Below are positions 37,793 through 47,222 of a stretch of DNA of 64,000 bases, one piece after another (the first letter of the stretch is position 1; each line of letters opens with the position of its first letter). The stretch is from the NCBI GenBank assembly GCA_050251555.1, contig JBFWMN010000001.1, positions 26,806-90,805 of the forward strand. The letters are read 5' to 3'. The position numbers and the translations under genes were made by a program. The stretch is from Pseudobdellovibrionaceae bacterium. Lineage in GTDB: Bacteria > Pseudomonadota > Alphaproteobacteria > Micavibrionales > Micavibrionaceae. Under the pieces are notes generated by a model that was not told the origin of the DNA, ran no database searches, and worked only from the letters and a program-made list of their open reading frames with translations.

Positions 37793-39112
37793 TCAATTTT
37801 TCTCCCAGCTTGCAGGGTCGGCCTCGGTTTGTGTGCCTTTTACCAGATCTTTCACCTCGTGCGGGCGATCATCCTCAAAAGGCGGGAACCATACATATGA
37901 TATGCCCTTTTTCTCCGCATAGGCCAGTTGTTTACTGATCTTTTGCGGAGCGTGGTACATTTCGACATTCAGGCCACGTCCTCGCAATATCCGTGCCGTG
38001 TCGGATGCCAGAGCACGTTTTTCTTCGGAAGGCAGCATCATCAGAATATCAGCAGGTGATTTGGGGCCGGGTTTGATGTGACCGCTTTGCTTCAGCACAT
38101 CAAAGAGGCGGCTCAGACCGATTGAAATACCAACGCCGGGCAAGTGGCGCGGAATATAGCTGCCTGCCAGATCATCATAGCGTCCGCCCGAGCAGACCGA
38201 GCCGGTAAATTGCGGAATATCGAGAAGACGTGTTTCATAAACCGTTCCCGTATAATAATCCAAGCCCCGCACAATCGAGAGATCAGCAATCGCACCGTGT
38301 TCAGGCAGGTGGGACAAATTATCCATGACGAAGGCGAGCTCTTCGATGCCCTCTGCCATCATCTCATTTTCGGCTGTAATGGAGCGCACGGCATCACCGC
38401 GTCCCGAGACCTTGGTCAGGTCGAGAATTTTCTTGATGGAAGAGTCATTTAAAGACTGCTCTTTAAGCAATTTGGCAACTTCGTCTTTGCCGATTTTTTC
38501 CAGCTTATCCACGGCGCGTGTCACTTGTATTACGGCCTCTTCATCCGTGACATCCATGCTGTTGAGCAAACCGATCAGGATTTTGCGATTATTGATGCGA
38601 AGCTGAATGCGCCCGATCTGCAGTCCATCCAGAACCTCGTACATGACGGCAGGCATCTCCGCATCAAAGGAGAGCGGCAAGCCGTCAACGCCGATCACAT
38701 CGATATCGCATTGATAGAACTCGCGCATACGGCCCAGTTGTGGGCGCTCACCGCGCCAGACTTTTTGCATCTGATAGCGTTTGAAAGGGAACACGAGATC
38801 ATTGAAGTGTAGGGCAACATAGCGCGCCAACGGCACGGTCTGGTCAAAATGGAGCGCCAGACGGGATTCCTTGTCATCCTCGGGGTCGGCTTGTAGGCGC
38901 GACAAAGCGTAAATCTCTTTATCAACCTCGCCTTTGGCTGTCAGAACGTCAATTTCCTCAACGGCGGGCGTTTCAATTGAGCAATAGCCGTAAGATTCAA
39001 AGACGCGACGAATATGGTCCATCCAGCGTTGTTCAACAATCCGGAATTCTGGCAGCCACTCGGGAAATCCTGAAATGGGTTTGGGCTTATAAATCTGCTT
39101 TTTTACGCTCAT
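37793..39112 (-). CDS. hisS: Histidyl-tRNA synthetase (type 2, alphaproteobacterial form)
   Basis: 439 aa. Motifs GFPEWLPE, WRGERPQLGRMREFYQCD (motif 2) and GGRYD...GVGISIG (motif 3). Confidence 0.85.
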   Translation of the reverse strand: MSVKKQIYKPKPISGFPEWLPEFRIVEQRWMDHIRRVFESYGYCSIETPAVEEIDVLTAKGEVDKEIYALSRLQADPEDDKESRLALHFDQTVPLARYVALHFNDLVFPFKRYQMQKVWRGERPQLGRMREFYQCDIDVIGVDGLPLSFDAEMPAVMYEVLDGLQIGRIQLRINNRKILIGLLNSMDVTDEEAVIQVTRAVDKLEKIGKDEVAKLLKEQSLNDSSIKKILDLTKVSGRGDAVRSITAENEMMAEGIEELAFVMDNLSHLPEHGAIADLSIVRGLDYYTGTVYETRLLDIPQFTGSVCSGGRYDDLAGSYIPRHLPGVGISIGLSRLFDVLKQSGHIKPGPKSPADILMMLPSEEKRALASDTARILRGRGLNVEMYHAPQKISKQLAYAEKKGISYVWFPPFEDDRPHEVKDLVKGTQTEADPASWEKN

Positions 39113-39172
39113 AACGTCCTTGGCACGTGGTCTTCATGGGTTGAAGTAGCGTTATAGCGTGTTTTCAAGCAC

Positions 39173-39547
39173 TTATAAAGGGGCAGGTGCAAGGGAGGGC
39201 GCGTGACCCGAAAAGCGCTGTTTCAAGACTGCGGCGGCGGTTTCGGGTACGAGAATTTCATCAGCCTCAATGGCGTATGTTGCCATGTTTCTTTCGGCTT
39301 CGTCGTCGATCAGGATGTCGGCGTGTTTCAGTTCTTCGGATAAGTCTTCGCGGCTTTTGAAATTGACGTTATCGGTGAGGGCGGAATCGGACTGCAGACA
39401 AAGGACAAGTGCTGCCATACCGGGTTCTTTGGTCACAAAGGTGACTTCATGGCCTTGTTCACGCAGGTCAAGGAGCGTGGAGAGCAGTTGCTCATCCAAT
39501 TCATTGTTACGCATCAACGTTCCTGTGAAATCACACATAATATGCAT
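39173..39547 (-). CDS. Small HAD-like hypothetical protein
   Basis: 124 aa. CDFTGTL resembles HAD motif I (DxDGTL) with the second Asp replaced. There is no clear SD, and the start is uncertain. Confidence 0.45.
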   Translation of the reverse strand: MHIMCDFTGTLMRNNELDEQLLSTLLDLREQGHEVTFVTKEPGMAALVLCLQSDSALTDNVNFKSREDLSEELKHADILIDDEAERNMATYAIEADEILVPETAAAVLKQRFSGHAPSLAPAPL

Positions 39548-39599
39548 GGGAATTAATATACATAGTGCTGACCAGAAATCAAATATTTTAGGATGTTAT

Positions 39600-41483
39600 C
39601 TAAAGATCAAACAGATCATCGAGCTGGTGGATCAGAGCCTCGCCAAGATCCGATGCGTCTGTGATTTTGATGGCGCGCTTGTAGTGACGCGTGACGTCAT
39701 GTCCGATACCGATTGCCGCAATCTCAATGTCTGAGCGGTTTTCAATCCAATTCACAACATTTTGCAGGTCGGCTTCCAAGATGTTTGACGGGTTAACCGA
39801 TAGGGTGGAATCATCAACGGGTGCGCCATCCGATATCACAATCAGAATTTTGCGTTTTTCGGGACGGGCTGCCAGACGGTTATGCGCCCAGACAATCGCT
39901 TCACCATCGATATTCTCTTTCAAAAGTCCTTCTTTGAGCATCAATCCGAGATTGTTTTTGACGCGTCGCCATGGCTGATCTGCCGATTTATAGATGATGT
40001 GGCGCAAATCATTCAAACGACCCGGCAGGGTGGGGCGGCCTTCCTGCATCCACATGTCGCGAGATTTCCCGCCTTTCCAGGCCCGCGTTGTAAAGCCGAG
40101 AATTTCGACCTTCACCTGACAGCGCTCCAGTGTTTTGGCAAGAATATCGGTGCAAAGGGCCGCAATTGTAATCGGCCGACCGCGCATGGAGCCTGAATTA
40201 TCAAGCAGTAGGGTCACAACCGTATCCCTGAACTCTGTCTGGCGTTCCTGCTTAAAGGTAAGGGGCACGGTGGGGTTGGCAACGATACGTGCCAGACGGG
40301 CACTGTCGAGCTGTCCTTCTTCCAGATCAAAGGCCCATGTCGTTTGCTGACGCGCCTGTAATTTGCGTTGCAAACGGTTGGCGAGTTTGAAGATAACCGA
40401 TTGCATTGTTGCGGCTTGCTTGTCCAGCAAAGCACGAAGGCGCGAGAGTTCGTAAGGTTCGGCGAGATCGGCAGCCTTCACAATTTCGTCAAACTGGTCG
40501 GTGTAGATGAGGTAAGAGGTTTTGAGGCCTGCCTCTTTATTGCGCGGGGCAAATTTGATCTCACCCTCGTGGTCGGCGGCAGCTTCACCTTCGCCCGTAT
40601 CCTCGCCGTCTTCCTCAAAGTCGGATGTTGCTTGCTCCTCATCTTCCCCATGATCATCCTGAGGACTTGTATCCCCCTGATCCTCACTGACCTGATCTTG
40701 CGCGTCCTGCTGTTCCTCATGATCTTGCTGCTCGGGCTGGTTCGGCGTGTTTTCAGTGTCTGCCTGATCGGCTTGCTGGTCGCTTGCATCTTGGCCTCCA
40801 TCATCGGGGGCTGCCATGTAATCAAGTTTTTGCAAGACATGGCGCAAAGCCGACGCAAAATCCTGCTGACTGGAAAGCGTCTCTTTTAAAGCCGCAAACG
40901 GGTTTTCGCCAAGGCGGGCCTCAATATAAGGTTTCCAAAGGGACACGACATTTTGCGCGTCCTGAGGTAAGGCTTCGCCTGTAAAGGCTTCGCGAGCCAG
41001 CAGATAGAGGGCCTCTGCTGTCGGGATATCCTCTTTACTCTCAAGGGCTGCGTAATTTTGTTTTCGGGCGTGTTCGGCAAGAACCGCATTCAAATTCTGG
41101 GCAATCCCTTTACCTTCTTTCGCGCCCAAAGCCTCAAAGCGGGCTTGCTCAAGAGATTCAAAAATGGCGGCAGCCGTTTCATCGCTCGGGCGGTTGCCGG
41201 CATGGAGTTTGGCATTGTGATGTTTCAGGTAAAGCGCCTCTGTATCAGCCGTGCCGCGAATGAGGGCGCGCTCTTCAGGGGTCAGGTCGGCATGCGAGGG
41301 AATAGGGATGCGGGCCTTGGTACGGTAACGCCACTCGGAGAGTTTTGGGCGATCAAAGCGGTCAGAGGGTTTATAAAGAACATCGGCATCCTTGTCGCCT
41401 GACAGGGCGCGGATCGTTGCTGAAACACCTTCTTTGAAGGCATCAAGCTGCTTTTCTTTCTCTTTATCGTTTCCGCCTGCCAT
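39600..41483 (-). CDS. cobT: CobT-family protein (vWA domain; cobaltochelatase CobT-like)
   Basis: 627 aa with a central acidic low-complexity region ([11 protein letters not shown]...[15 protein letters not shown]). The C-terminal vWA domain has DNSGSMRG (MIDAS). Its ATG shares one base with the cobS TAA (TAATG). Confidence 0.85.
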   Translation of the reverse strand: MAGGNDKEKEKQLDAFKEGVSATIRALSGDKDADVLYKPSDRFDRPKLSEWRYRTKARIPIPSHADLTPEERALIRGTADTEALYLKHHNAKLHAGNRPSDETAAAIFESLEQARFEALGAKEGKGIAQNLNAVLAEHARKQNYAALESKEDIPTAEALYLLAREAFTGEALPQDAQNVVSLWKPYIEARLGENPFAALKETLSSQQDFASALRHVLQKLDYMAAPDDGGQDASDQQADQADTENTPNQPEQQDHEEQQDAQDQVSEDQGDTSPQDDHGEDEEQATSDFEEDGEDTGEGEAAADHEGEIKFAPRNKEAGLKTSYLIYTDQFDEIVKAADLAEPYELSRLRALLDKQAATMQSVIFKLANRLQRKLQARQQTTWAFDLEEGQLDSARLARIVANPTVPLTFKQERQTEFRDTVVTLLLDNSGSMRGRPITIAALCTDILAKTLERCQVKVEILGFTTRAWKGGKSRDMWMQEGRPTLPGRLNDLRHIIYKSADQPWRRVKNNLGLMLKEGLLKENIDGEAIVWAHNRLAARPEKRKILIVISDGAPVDDSTLSVNPSNILEADLQNVVNWIENRSDIEIAAIGIGHDVTRHYKRAIKITDASDLGEALIHQLDDLFDL

Positions 41484-42493
41484 TATTGGGCATCCAGAAG
41501 GTCCACCCCGAAACAGCGTTGGTAATATTCCGCCAGAACAGGGTGTTCCAGCTCATCCGACTTGTTCCAGAATGTCATGCGGAAGGCAAAGTCGCGGTCG
41601 CCGAAAATCTGCATATTCTCAAGCCAGCTTAAAACCGTACGCGGGCTCATCACAATTGAGATATCGCCGTTTTTGAAGCCTTGGCGTGTGAGGTGCGCCA
41701 TCTTAATCATGCCCTCAATCGTGTCACGACCCTGCGCATTATCCATGTCAGGCATTTTGGCAAGCATGATGCGGACTTCTTCGTCATGGGGCAGGTAATT
41801 CAGGACAGTCACGATATTCCAGCGGTCCATCTGGCCTTGGTTCAATTGTTGTGTCCCATGATAAAGCCCTGTCGTATCCCCCAGACCCACTGTATTGGCA
41901 GTGGCAAAAAGGCGGAATGCAGGGTGAGGGCGAATAACGGTGTTCTGGTCCAGAAGGGTCAGGCGACCTTCGGCCTCAAGCACGCGTTGGATCACGAACA
42001 TCACATCGGGGCGGCCCGCATCATATTCATCAAAGACCAACGCCACGGGGTTTTGCAACGCCCAAGGCAAAAGTCCTTGTTTATATTCCGTGACTTGCTT
42101 GCCTTCTTTTAAAACGATCATGTCTTTGCCCAACAGATCAAGGCGCGAGACGTGACTATCGAGGTTGATCCGCACGCAAGGCCAGTTCAGGCGTGCCGCA
42201 ACCTGTTCAATATGCGAGGATTTTCCCGTTCCGTGATAGCCCTGTACCATGACGCGGCGGTTATGGGTGAAGCCTGCCAAAATCGCGAGAGTTGTCGTGC
42301 GGTCAAACTGATAGGTCTCATCAATTGCCGGAATATTTGGGTTCTCGTCCGAGGTAAAGCCCGGCACGTCAAAATCGGCATCAATCCCGAAAGTCTCACG
42401 GACATTGAATTTGCGATCAGGTATGGACAGATGTTTCCCCGTTGCGTGCAGTTGGGTCACATCAAAGGAATTGTTTTTATCGGCGTCGGTCAT
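41483..42493 (-). CDS. cobS: CobS-family AAA+ (MoxR-like) ATPase
   Basis: Track ORF 41483..42565. I prefer the MTDADKNN start (42493), which avoids overlap with the upstream gene. Walker A GYHGTGKS and Walker B LVFDEYD. Confidence 0.85.
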   Translation of the reverse strand: MTDADKNNSFDVTQLHATGKHLSIPDRKFNVRETFGIDADFDVPGFTSDENPNIPAIDETYQFDRTTTLAILAGFTHNRRVMVQGYHGTGKSSHIEQVAARLNWPCVRINLDSHVSRLDLLGKDMIVLKEGKQVTEYKQGLLPWALQNPVALVFDEYDAGRPDVMFVIQRVLEAEGRLTLLDQNTVIRPHPAFRLFATANTVGLGDTTGLYHGTQQLNQGQMDRWNIVTVLNYLPHDEEVRIMLAKMPDMDNAQGRDTIEGMIKMAHLTRQGFKNGDISIVMSPRTVLSWLENMQIFGDRDFAFRMTFWNKSDELEHPVLAEYYQRCFGVDLLDAQ

Positions 42494-42548
42494 GGGATTT
42501 ATAATGGTGTGATTTTCGGCAAATGAGAAGGGGGCAGCGCTTAAAAAC

Positions 42549-43151
42549 TTAGCGCGTCTTCTCAAGGTTTTCGTAAGAGGCGTAAGCGACTTTAAGAAGT
42601 GTGAAAGCCATGTTGATTTCTTTCAGACGTTCCTCGGCCTGCGGGTCTTCGCGGTTATGGTCGGGATGGAAGGTTTTGACCAGTCTTTTATAAGCCACTT
42701 TAATCTCGGCAAAGGTAACAGGCGGGGCCAGCCCCATAATTGCCAGCGCTTCCATCTCGGGCGCCGCTTTCAGATGCTCGGGGATGTCATCCTTTTTCTT
42801 GGCTTTTTCGCCTTCATTTTCGCCGCGATAGGCATTGGTTTTGCGGAACAGCTCTTCTTCCAAATTCACGAAATCGCGGTATTTCCATGTTGGGCGGTCG
42901 CCGTACCAGTCTTTGAGGATTTGCGCACGCACTTCGTCTTCGGACATGCCGTCAAAGAAATTCCAAGCTTTATTATATTCGCGCACATGATCAAGGCAGA
43001 AATAATGATACTCGTTCAGGCCTCTGTGCTTAGGCGCTTTATATTCGCCCTGATCAATGCATCCGGGCATTTCACACATATGGGTTTTGGTGCGTGGCTC
43101 GTTCGCACTCTCAAAATCAGGTGAATTGCGTTTCAGGCGTATCGTAGGCAT
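42549..43151 (-). CDS. J-domain protein (C-terminal DnaJ domain, N-terminal Cys/His-rich region)
   Basis: Track ORF 42549..43226, with the start probably at MPTIRLKR (43151). Motifs CEMPGC...FCLDHVREYN. The C-terminal J domain is FAEIKVAYKRLVKTFHPDHN (HPD). Confidence 0.8.
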   Translation of the reverse strand: MPTIRLKRNSPDFESANEPRTKTHMCEMPGCIDQGEYKAPKHRGLNEYHYFCLDHVREYNKAWNFFDGMSEDEVRAQILKDWYGDRPTWKYRDFVNLEEELFRKTNAYRGENEGEKAKKKDDIPEHLKAAPEMEALAIMGLAPPVTFAEIKVAYKRLVKTFHPDHNREDPQAEERLKEINMAFTLLKVAYASYENLEKTR

Positions 43152-43255
43152 AGCTATCTTTAGTTTATCGTATAATTGCCTGCAAATGGAAGGACTATCC
43201 TTTAGGCAAGGGCGCTTAAACAGCATATAGTATGCGGCAAATGAAGGAGCAAGTC

Positions 43256-43513
43256 ATGACGGGACGAAAAGAACGCATCGAAGCCATTTTGCAGGAAATG
43301 CTGCAGCCGACCCATCTGGAAGTCGTCAATGAGACGGCTGCACATCACGGTCATGCCGGTGATGACGGTTCAGGCGAAAGTCACTTTTGCGTCATCGTCG
43401 CGGCACCCATGTTTGAGGGAAAAACAAGGGTCGAGCGGCATCGTATGATCAATGAGGCTTTGGCGGGACTATTTGCCGAAGGCCTGCATGCGCTGCGTAT
43501 TGTGACAAAATAA
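43256..43513 (+). CDS. bolA: BolA-family protein
   Basis: Track ORF 43232..43513, with the start moved to ATG 43256, which has GAAGGAG 6 nt upstream. Motifs LEVVNETAAHHGHAG and F.G......RHRMINEAL. Confidence 0.85.
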   Translation: MTGRKERIEAILQEMLQPTHLEVVNETAAHHGHAGDDGSGESHFCVIVAAPMFEGKTRVERHRMINEALAGLFAEGLHALRIVTK

Positions 43514-43622
43514 TTGCACTTATAACGCGAAAAAGTATGTGATATATAAACTTTTTTGTTGATGTTTTGTTCTCTTTGCTGTTATCCCTATTTGAAATGA
43601 TAACAAATGTGGGAGAACGAAA

Positions 43623-44027
43623 ATGCAGGGGTCATACCAGCGAAAAAGCGATCAGATAAAGTATCTGGATCTGGACGCCGTTACTAAAAAAGATACAACC
43701 TTTCGTAGCACGCTTATTAGCAAAAACGTATGTATTGGAAATAAGCGCACATCCATACGTTTGGAGCCGGAAATGTGGCAAGCATTAAAAGACATTGCCC
43801 GTCGTGAGAAGTGCTCTGTAAACGAAGTGTGTACCCTTGTCTTCTTATGCAAACGTTCGATGTCGTCTTTGACGGCATCCATCCGTGTGTTCCTGATGCT
43901 CTACTATCGTGCAGCCTCAACAGAAGAGGGGCACATTCAGGCAGGGCACGGAAATCTGGGTCGTATGCGCGACAAGGTGCAGCGAATTGCGCAGCGTCAT
44001 GAAGGGGAAAATATGGCGCAGGCCTGA
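43623..44027 (+). CDS. Ribbon-helix-helix domain protein (COG4321-like)
   Basis: 134 aa with GGGAG upstream. KRTSIRLEPEMWQALKDIARREKCSVNEVC is the conserved RHH core of this alphaproteobacterial family, by recognition. Confidence 0.7.
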   Translation: MQGSYQRKSDQIKYLDLDAVTKKDTTFRSTLISKNVCIGNKRTSIRLEPEMWQALKDIARREKCSVNEVCTLVFLCKRSMSSLTASIRVFLMLYYRAASTEEGHIQAGHGNLGRMRDKVQRIAQRHEGENMAQA

Positions 44028-44052
44028 AAGGGCGCCATGAAAAAGTGATTTT

Positions 44053-44086
44053 AAAAAAGCCGGCTGGTTTCAGTCGGCTTTTTTAT
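44053..44086. terminator. Bidirectional Rho-independent terminator between the RHH gene and accA
   Basis: AAAAAA-GCCGGCTG-GTTT-CAGTCGGC-TTTTTT: an 8-bp stem with one G-U pair, an A-run on the 5' side and a T-run on the 3' side. Confidence 0.7.
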
Positions 44087-44089
44087 ATT

Positions 44090-45034
44090 CTACAGATTGC
44101 GTCCCATATTCAGGAATTTCTTCCGACGCATTTTCACAAGTTGGTCGCCGCTGAATGTCGTCAGCTCATCCAAACTTTCATTGATTTTGCTTTGGACGCG
44201 TTTGATCGCTTTTTCGGGCTGGCGGTGTGCGCCGCCCAAAGGTTCGCGGATGATTTCATCAATGAGGCCGAGCTTCAGCATGTCATCCGACGTCAGTTTC
44301 AATGCTTGCGCGGCATCTTTCGCGTAATCGGCAGAGCGCCACAAAATAGAAGCGCAGCCTTCAGGCGAAATAACGGAATAGACAGAGTGTTCTAGCATGA
44401 AAATACGGTCGGCTGCGGCAATCGCAATCGCGCCGCCCGATCCGCCTTCACCGATAATGACCGAAACCAGCGGAGTTTTCACAGACAGACAGACCTCGAT
44501 CGAACGGGCAATGGCTTCGGATTGACCGCGCTCTTCCGCACCAAGACCGGGATATGCACCTGCGGTATCAACAAGGGTGACGATAGGCAAACCGAATTGC
44601 TCAGCCATTTCCATCAGGCGTTGGGCTTTGCGGTAGCCTTCGGGGCGCGCCATACCGAAATTGTGACGGATGCGTTCGGCGGTATCGCGGCCTTTTTCCT
44701 GACCCATAATGACGACCGAGCGTCCATCAAGGCGACCGATACCGCCAATCAGGGCTTCGTCTTCACCATACAGGCGGTCGCCTGCAAGCGGGGTGAAGTC
44801 GGTGATCATCTGTGCCACATAATCCATCATGTGCGGTCGGTCGGCGTGACGCGCAACGCGCACTTTTTGTGAGGCGGACAGGTCGGAATATGTTTGTTGC
44901 AACAGGCGCGCAGCCTTGTTTTGCATACGGGTGATCTCGGCAGCAAAATCCATCGAACCGTCATCGGTCGAGACTTTGCGGAGTTCGGCAATTTTGCTTT
45001 CCAGCTCAAGGATCGGTTTTTCAAAATCCAGCAT
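44090..45034 (-). CDS. accA: Acetyl-CoA carboxylase carboxyltransferase subunit alpha
   Basis: 314 aa. Motifs RHADRP, PEGYRKA, DTAGAYPG and IGEGGSGGA. Confidence 0.93.
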   Translation of the reverse strand: MLDFEKPILELESKIAELRKVSTDDGSMDFAAEITRMQNKAARLLQQTYSDLSASQKVRVARHADRPHMMDYVAQMITDFTPLAGDRLYGEDEALIGGIGRLDGRSVVIMGQEKGRDTAERIRHNFGMARPEGYRKAQRLMEMAEQFGLPIVTLVDTAGAYPGLGAEERGQSEAIARSIEVCLSVKTPLVSVIIGEGGSGGAIAIAAADRIFMLEHSVYSVISPEGCASILWRSADYAKDAAQALKLTSDDMLKLGLIDEIIREPLGGAHRQPEKAIKRVQSKINESLDELTTFSGDQLVKMRRKKFLNMGRNL

Positions 45035-45090
45035 GGTTATCCTATTTCAGAATAGTGTGGGTCTTAAGGGAAACAGCAATAGCACGTCGC

Positions 45091-45140
45091 TTCAGGAAAA
45101 GAAACAGGCAGGAAAGGGGTTATCCCATATCCTGCCTGTT
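45091..45140 (-). terminator. Candidate terminator of xerD
   Basis: A perfect 10-bp stem, AACAGGCAGG/CCTGCCTGTT, with an 18-nt loop, followed on the minus strand by TCTTTTCC. Confidence 0.45.
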
Positions 45141-45180
45141 GTCGTATCTCTCGTAACCTGACCCTTATGAAGTGGGTGGT

Positions 45181-46176
45181 TTACTTGTTGCCTGCGGCCT
45201 TTTTGGCCAGAGGATGTTTTTCCTCGACGGTTTTCTTTTTCTGACCGTCCAGAATGTGCGTGTAAATTTGTGTCGTTGCGATATCGGCGTGACCCAGCAT
45301 TTTCTGGACCGAACGCAGATCGGCACCGTTTTTGAGAAGATGTGTCGCAAAAGCATGGCGCAGAACGTGCGGTGACACTTTTCCGTCTTCCATACCAGCA
45401 GCAGCAGCCAGATCTTTCAAGAGCTGGGCAAAACGCTGACGTGTGAGGTGACCTGAATCCGATGTTTTGGACGGGAACAGCCATTGAGCCTGTGCACCGT
45501 TATCTTCTTCACCGATGAATTTTGTGCGGACATTCATGTATGTCTTGATCGCTTTTTGTGCGCTCGAGGAGACGGGAACCATACGCTCGTGACCGCCTTT
45601 ACCTTCAACCATTAGGAACTGTGCGTTCTCGCCAACGGCAGAAAGGGGCAGACCGACAAGCTCGGATACGCGAAGGCCTGTGGCATACAGCATTTCAAGA
45701 AGAGCAACCAGACGCACGCTTTCAGGCGTACCTTTTTCACCGGCTGTGGCGATCAGCATATCGACTTCGCCCTCTGTCAGTGTTTTAGGAAGTGTGCGTG
45801 TTTGTTTGGGGCTCTCGATTGTCGAGGTCGGATCTTCTGTCACAACATTTTCAGAAATGAGGTAACGGAAGAATTGGCGAAGGGCGGAGAGGCGACGCGC
45901 AATTGTGCGGTCGGCAATCATGCCTTTCTTGTCGCCTTTGACGTGCTGACGGTTCGCCAGCTCTTTCATATAGGCTTTGATATCGGTAGATGTTGTAGCT
46001 TCAATCTCTTTGGATTTGTCGTCACGCAGCCAAACGCTGTAATCAGCCAGATCGCGCCAGTAAGCCTGACGTGTGTTCAGGGCGGCACCGCGCTCTGTAA
46101 GCAGCATTTCAATAAAAGAATCCACGCGCTTGGAAAGTGAAGGTTTCTCTAAGGGTGGGCGACCGGGTCTAGCCAT
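45181..46176 (-). CDS. xerD: Site-specific tyrosine recombinase XerD
   Basis: 331 aa. Motifs ATGLRVSELVGL, LRHAFATHLL and LGHADIATTQIYTH (the R..HxxR..Y catalytic set). Confidence 0.88.
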   Translation of the reverse strand: MARPGRPPLEKPSLSKRVDSFIEMLLTERGAALNTRQAYWRDLADYSVWLRDDKSKEIEATTSTDIKAYMKELANRQHVKGDKKGMIADRTIARRLSALRQFFRYLISENVVTEDPTSTIESPKQTRTLPKTLTEGEVDMLIATAGEKGTPESVRLVALLEMLYATGLRVSELVGLPLSAVGENAQFLMVEGKGGHERMVPVSSSAQKAIKTYMNVRTKFIGEEDNGAQAQWLFPSKTSDSGHLTRQRFAQLLKDLAAAAGMEDGKVSPHVLRHAFATHLLKNGADLRSVQKMLGHADIATTQIYTHILDGQKKKTVEEKHPLAKKAAGNK

Positions 46177-46593
46177 TTTTAAGCTCCTGATAAAATCAAA
46201 AAGTCAGTTTCTCTCGTATTACTCGAATTCTTTATCATCGAATCTATATTCATAATTCGGCGACACTGTTTTCGAGTGTAGTCCGCACCTGCGGATCGTA
46301 AACACATAAATTGCCCCTTATCGGGGTTATTCACGCTTCTTTACGTATCCAAGGCCGGTGAGGCCGGAATTTCTGCTTGTTACAGCGAAATCCCCACGAA
46401 AACTGAAAGCGTGGTATAGGCATTACATAATCTATTAATGCAAGTCAAGCGAAAAAGTTTACGTAACATTGTAAAATTCGTATTTTTTCATATTTAGGGT
46501 TTCCTTGTTTTTCAACAGTTTAGATTAAGTGAAGTTGAAGTTTGAGAATTCCCTGATTTGTCAAAACACTGTTTTCATGCGATAGGATTTCTG

Positions 46594-47175
46594 ATGACAG
46601 AGAATCCACTTTACGCACGATTGAAAGCGAATCTCAGTTCCCCCGTAATCCTGATTGGCATGATGGGGACTGGGAAGACGGCACTTGCCAAAAAGCTTGC
46701 CGAGAAAATTGGTCAGCAAGCTATTGATATAGATAGCGAAATTGTCAAACGGGCAGGGCTGACTATCCCCGAGATTTTTGAAAAGCATGGCGAGGAAAGC
46801 TTCCGCCGTCTGGAGTTCGACGTGCTGGAATCGATTCTGAACGCCGCAAAAGAGCAGGGCGCTTGCCCGATTATCGCGACAGGCGGCGGGATTGTCACCG
46901 TTCCCGAATGTGCGGCCCTCATAAAAAAAGGCGGGGTGTCCGTCTGGCTCAAGGCTGATCTGGACCATCTTGCCGCACGGTTGGCGCTTGATAAATCTCG
47001 TCCGATGTTGGAGGGCGCTGAAAATGTCAAAGCCCGCCTGACGGAGCTGATGCGGGTACGTGAACCGCTCTATGCGGCTGCGGATATCACCTTTGTGACG
47101 CATCAGGAGCCGCTTTATAAAACCGTCCCGTTGCTGGCGGAGGCTTTGTTGGCGCATTTCGATGCGGGTGCTTGA
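46594..47175 (+). CDS. aroK: Shikimate kinase
   Basis: Track ORF 46558..47175, with the start moved to MTENPLY (ATG 46594). Motifs GMMGTGKT, FRRLE and TGGG. Confidence 0.88.
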   Translation: MTENPLYARLKANLSSPVILIGMMGTGKTALAKKLAEKIGQQAIDIDSEIVKRAGLTIPEIFEKHGEESFRRLEFDVLESILNAAKEQGACPIIATGGGIVTVPECAALIKKGGVSVWLKADLDHLAARLALDKSRPMLEGAENVKARLTELMRVREPLYAAADITFVTHQEPLYKTVPLLAEALLAHFDAGA

Positions 47176-47222
47176 AAAAAAGCTTAAACGCGTTTGCAAA
47201 ACCTTGTATAACAACAGGTAAC

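Noticed and set aside
45181-46176. Tyrosine recombinase as a possible marker of an integrated element.
   Set aside because: The sequence and length fit housekeeping XerD. Its neighbours are accA and aroK-aroB. No flanking direct repeats or phage/ICE genes are present, and it lies 22 kb from the accessory island.
46561-47214. 217-aa minus-strand ORF covering the whole aroK gene.
   Set aside because: It is antisense to a reading frame with clear shikimate-kinase motifs (GMMGTGKT). Its composition is Arg/Phe/Gln-rich, typical of an antisense frame, and I recognise no family.
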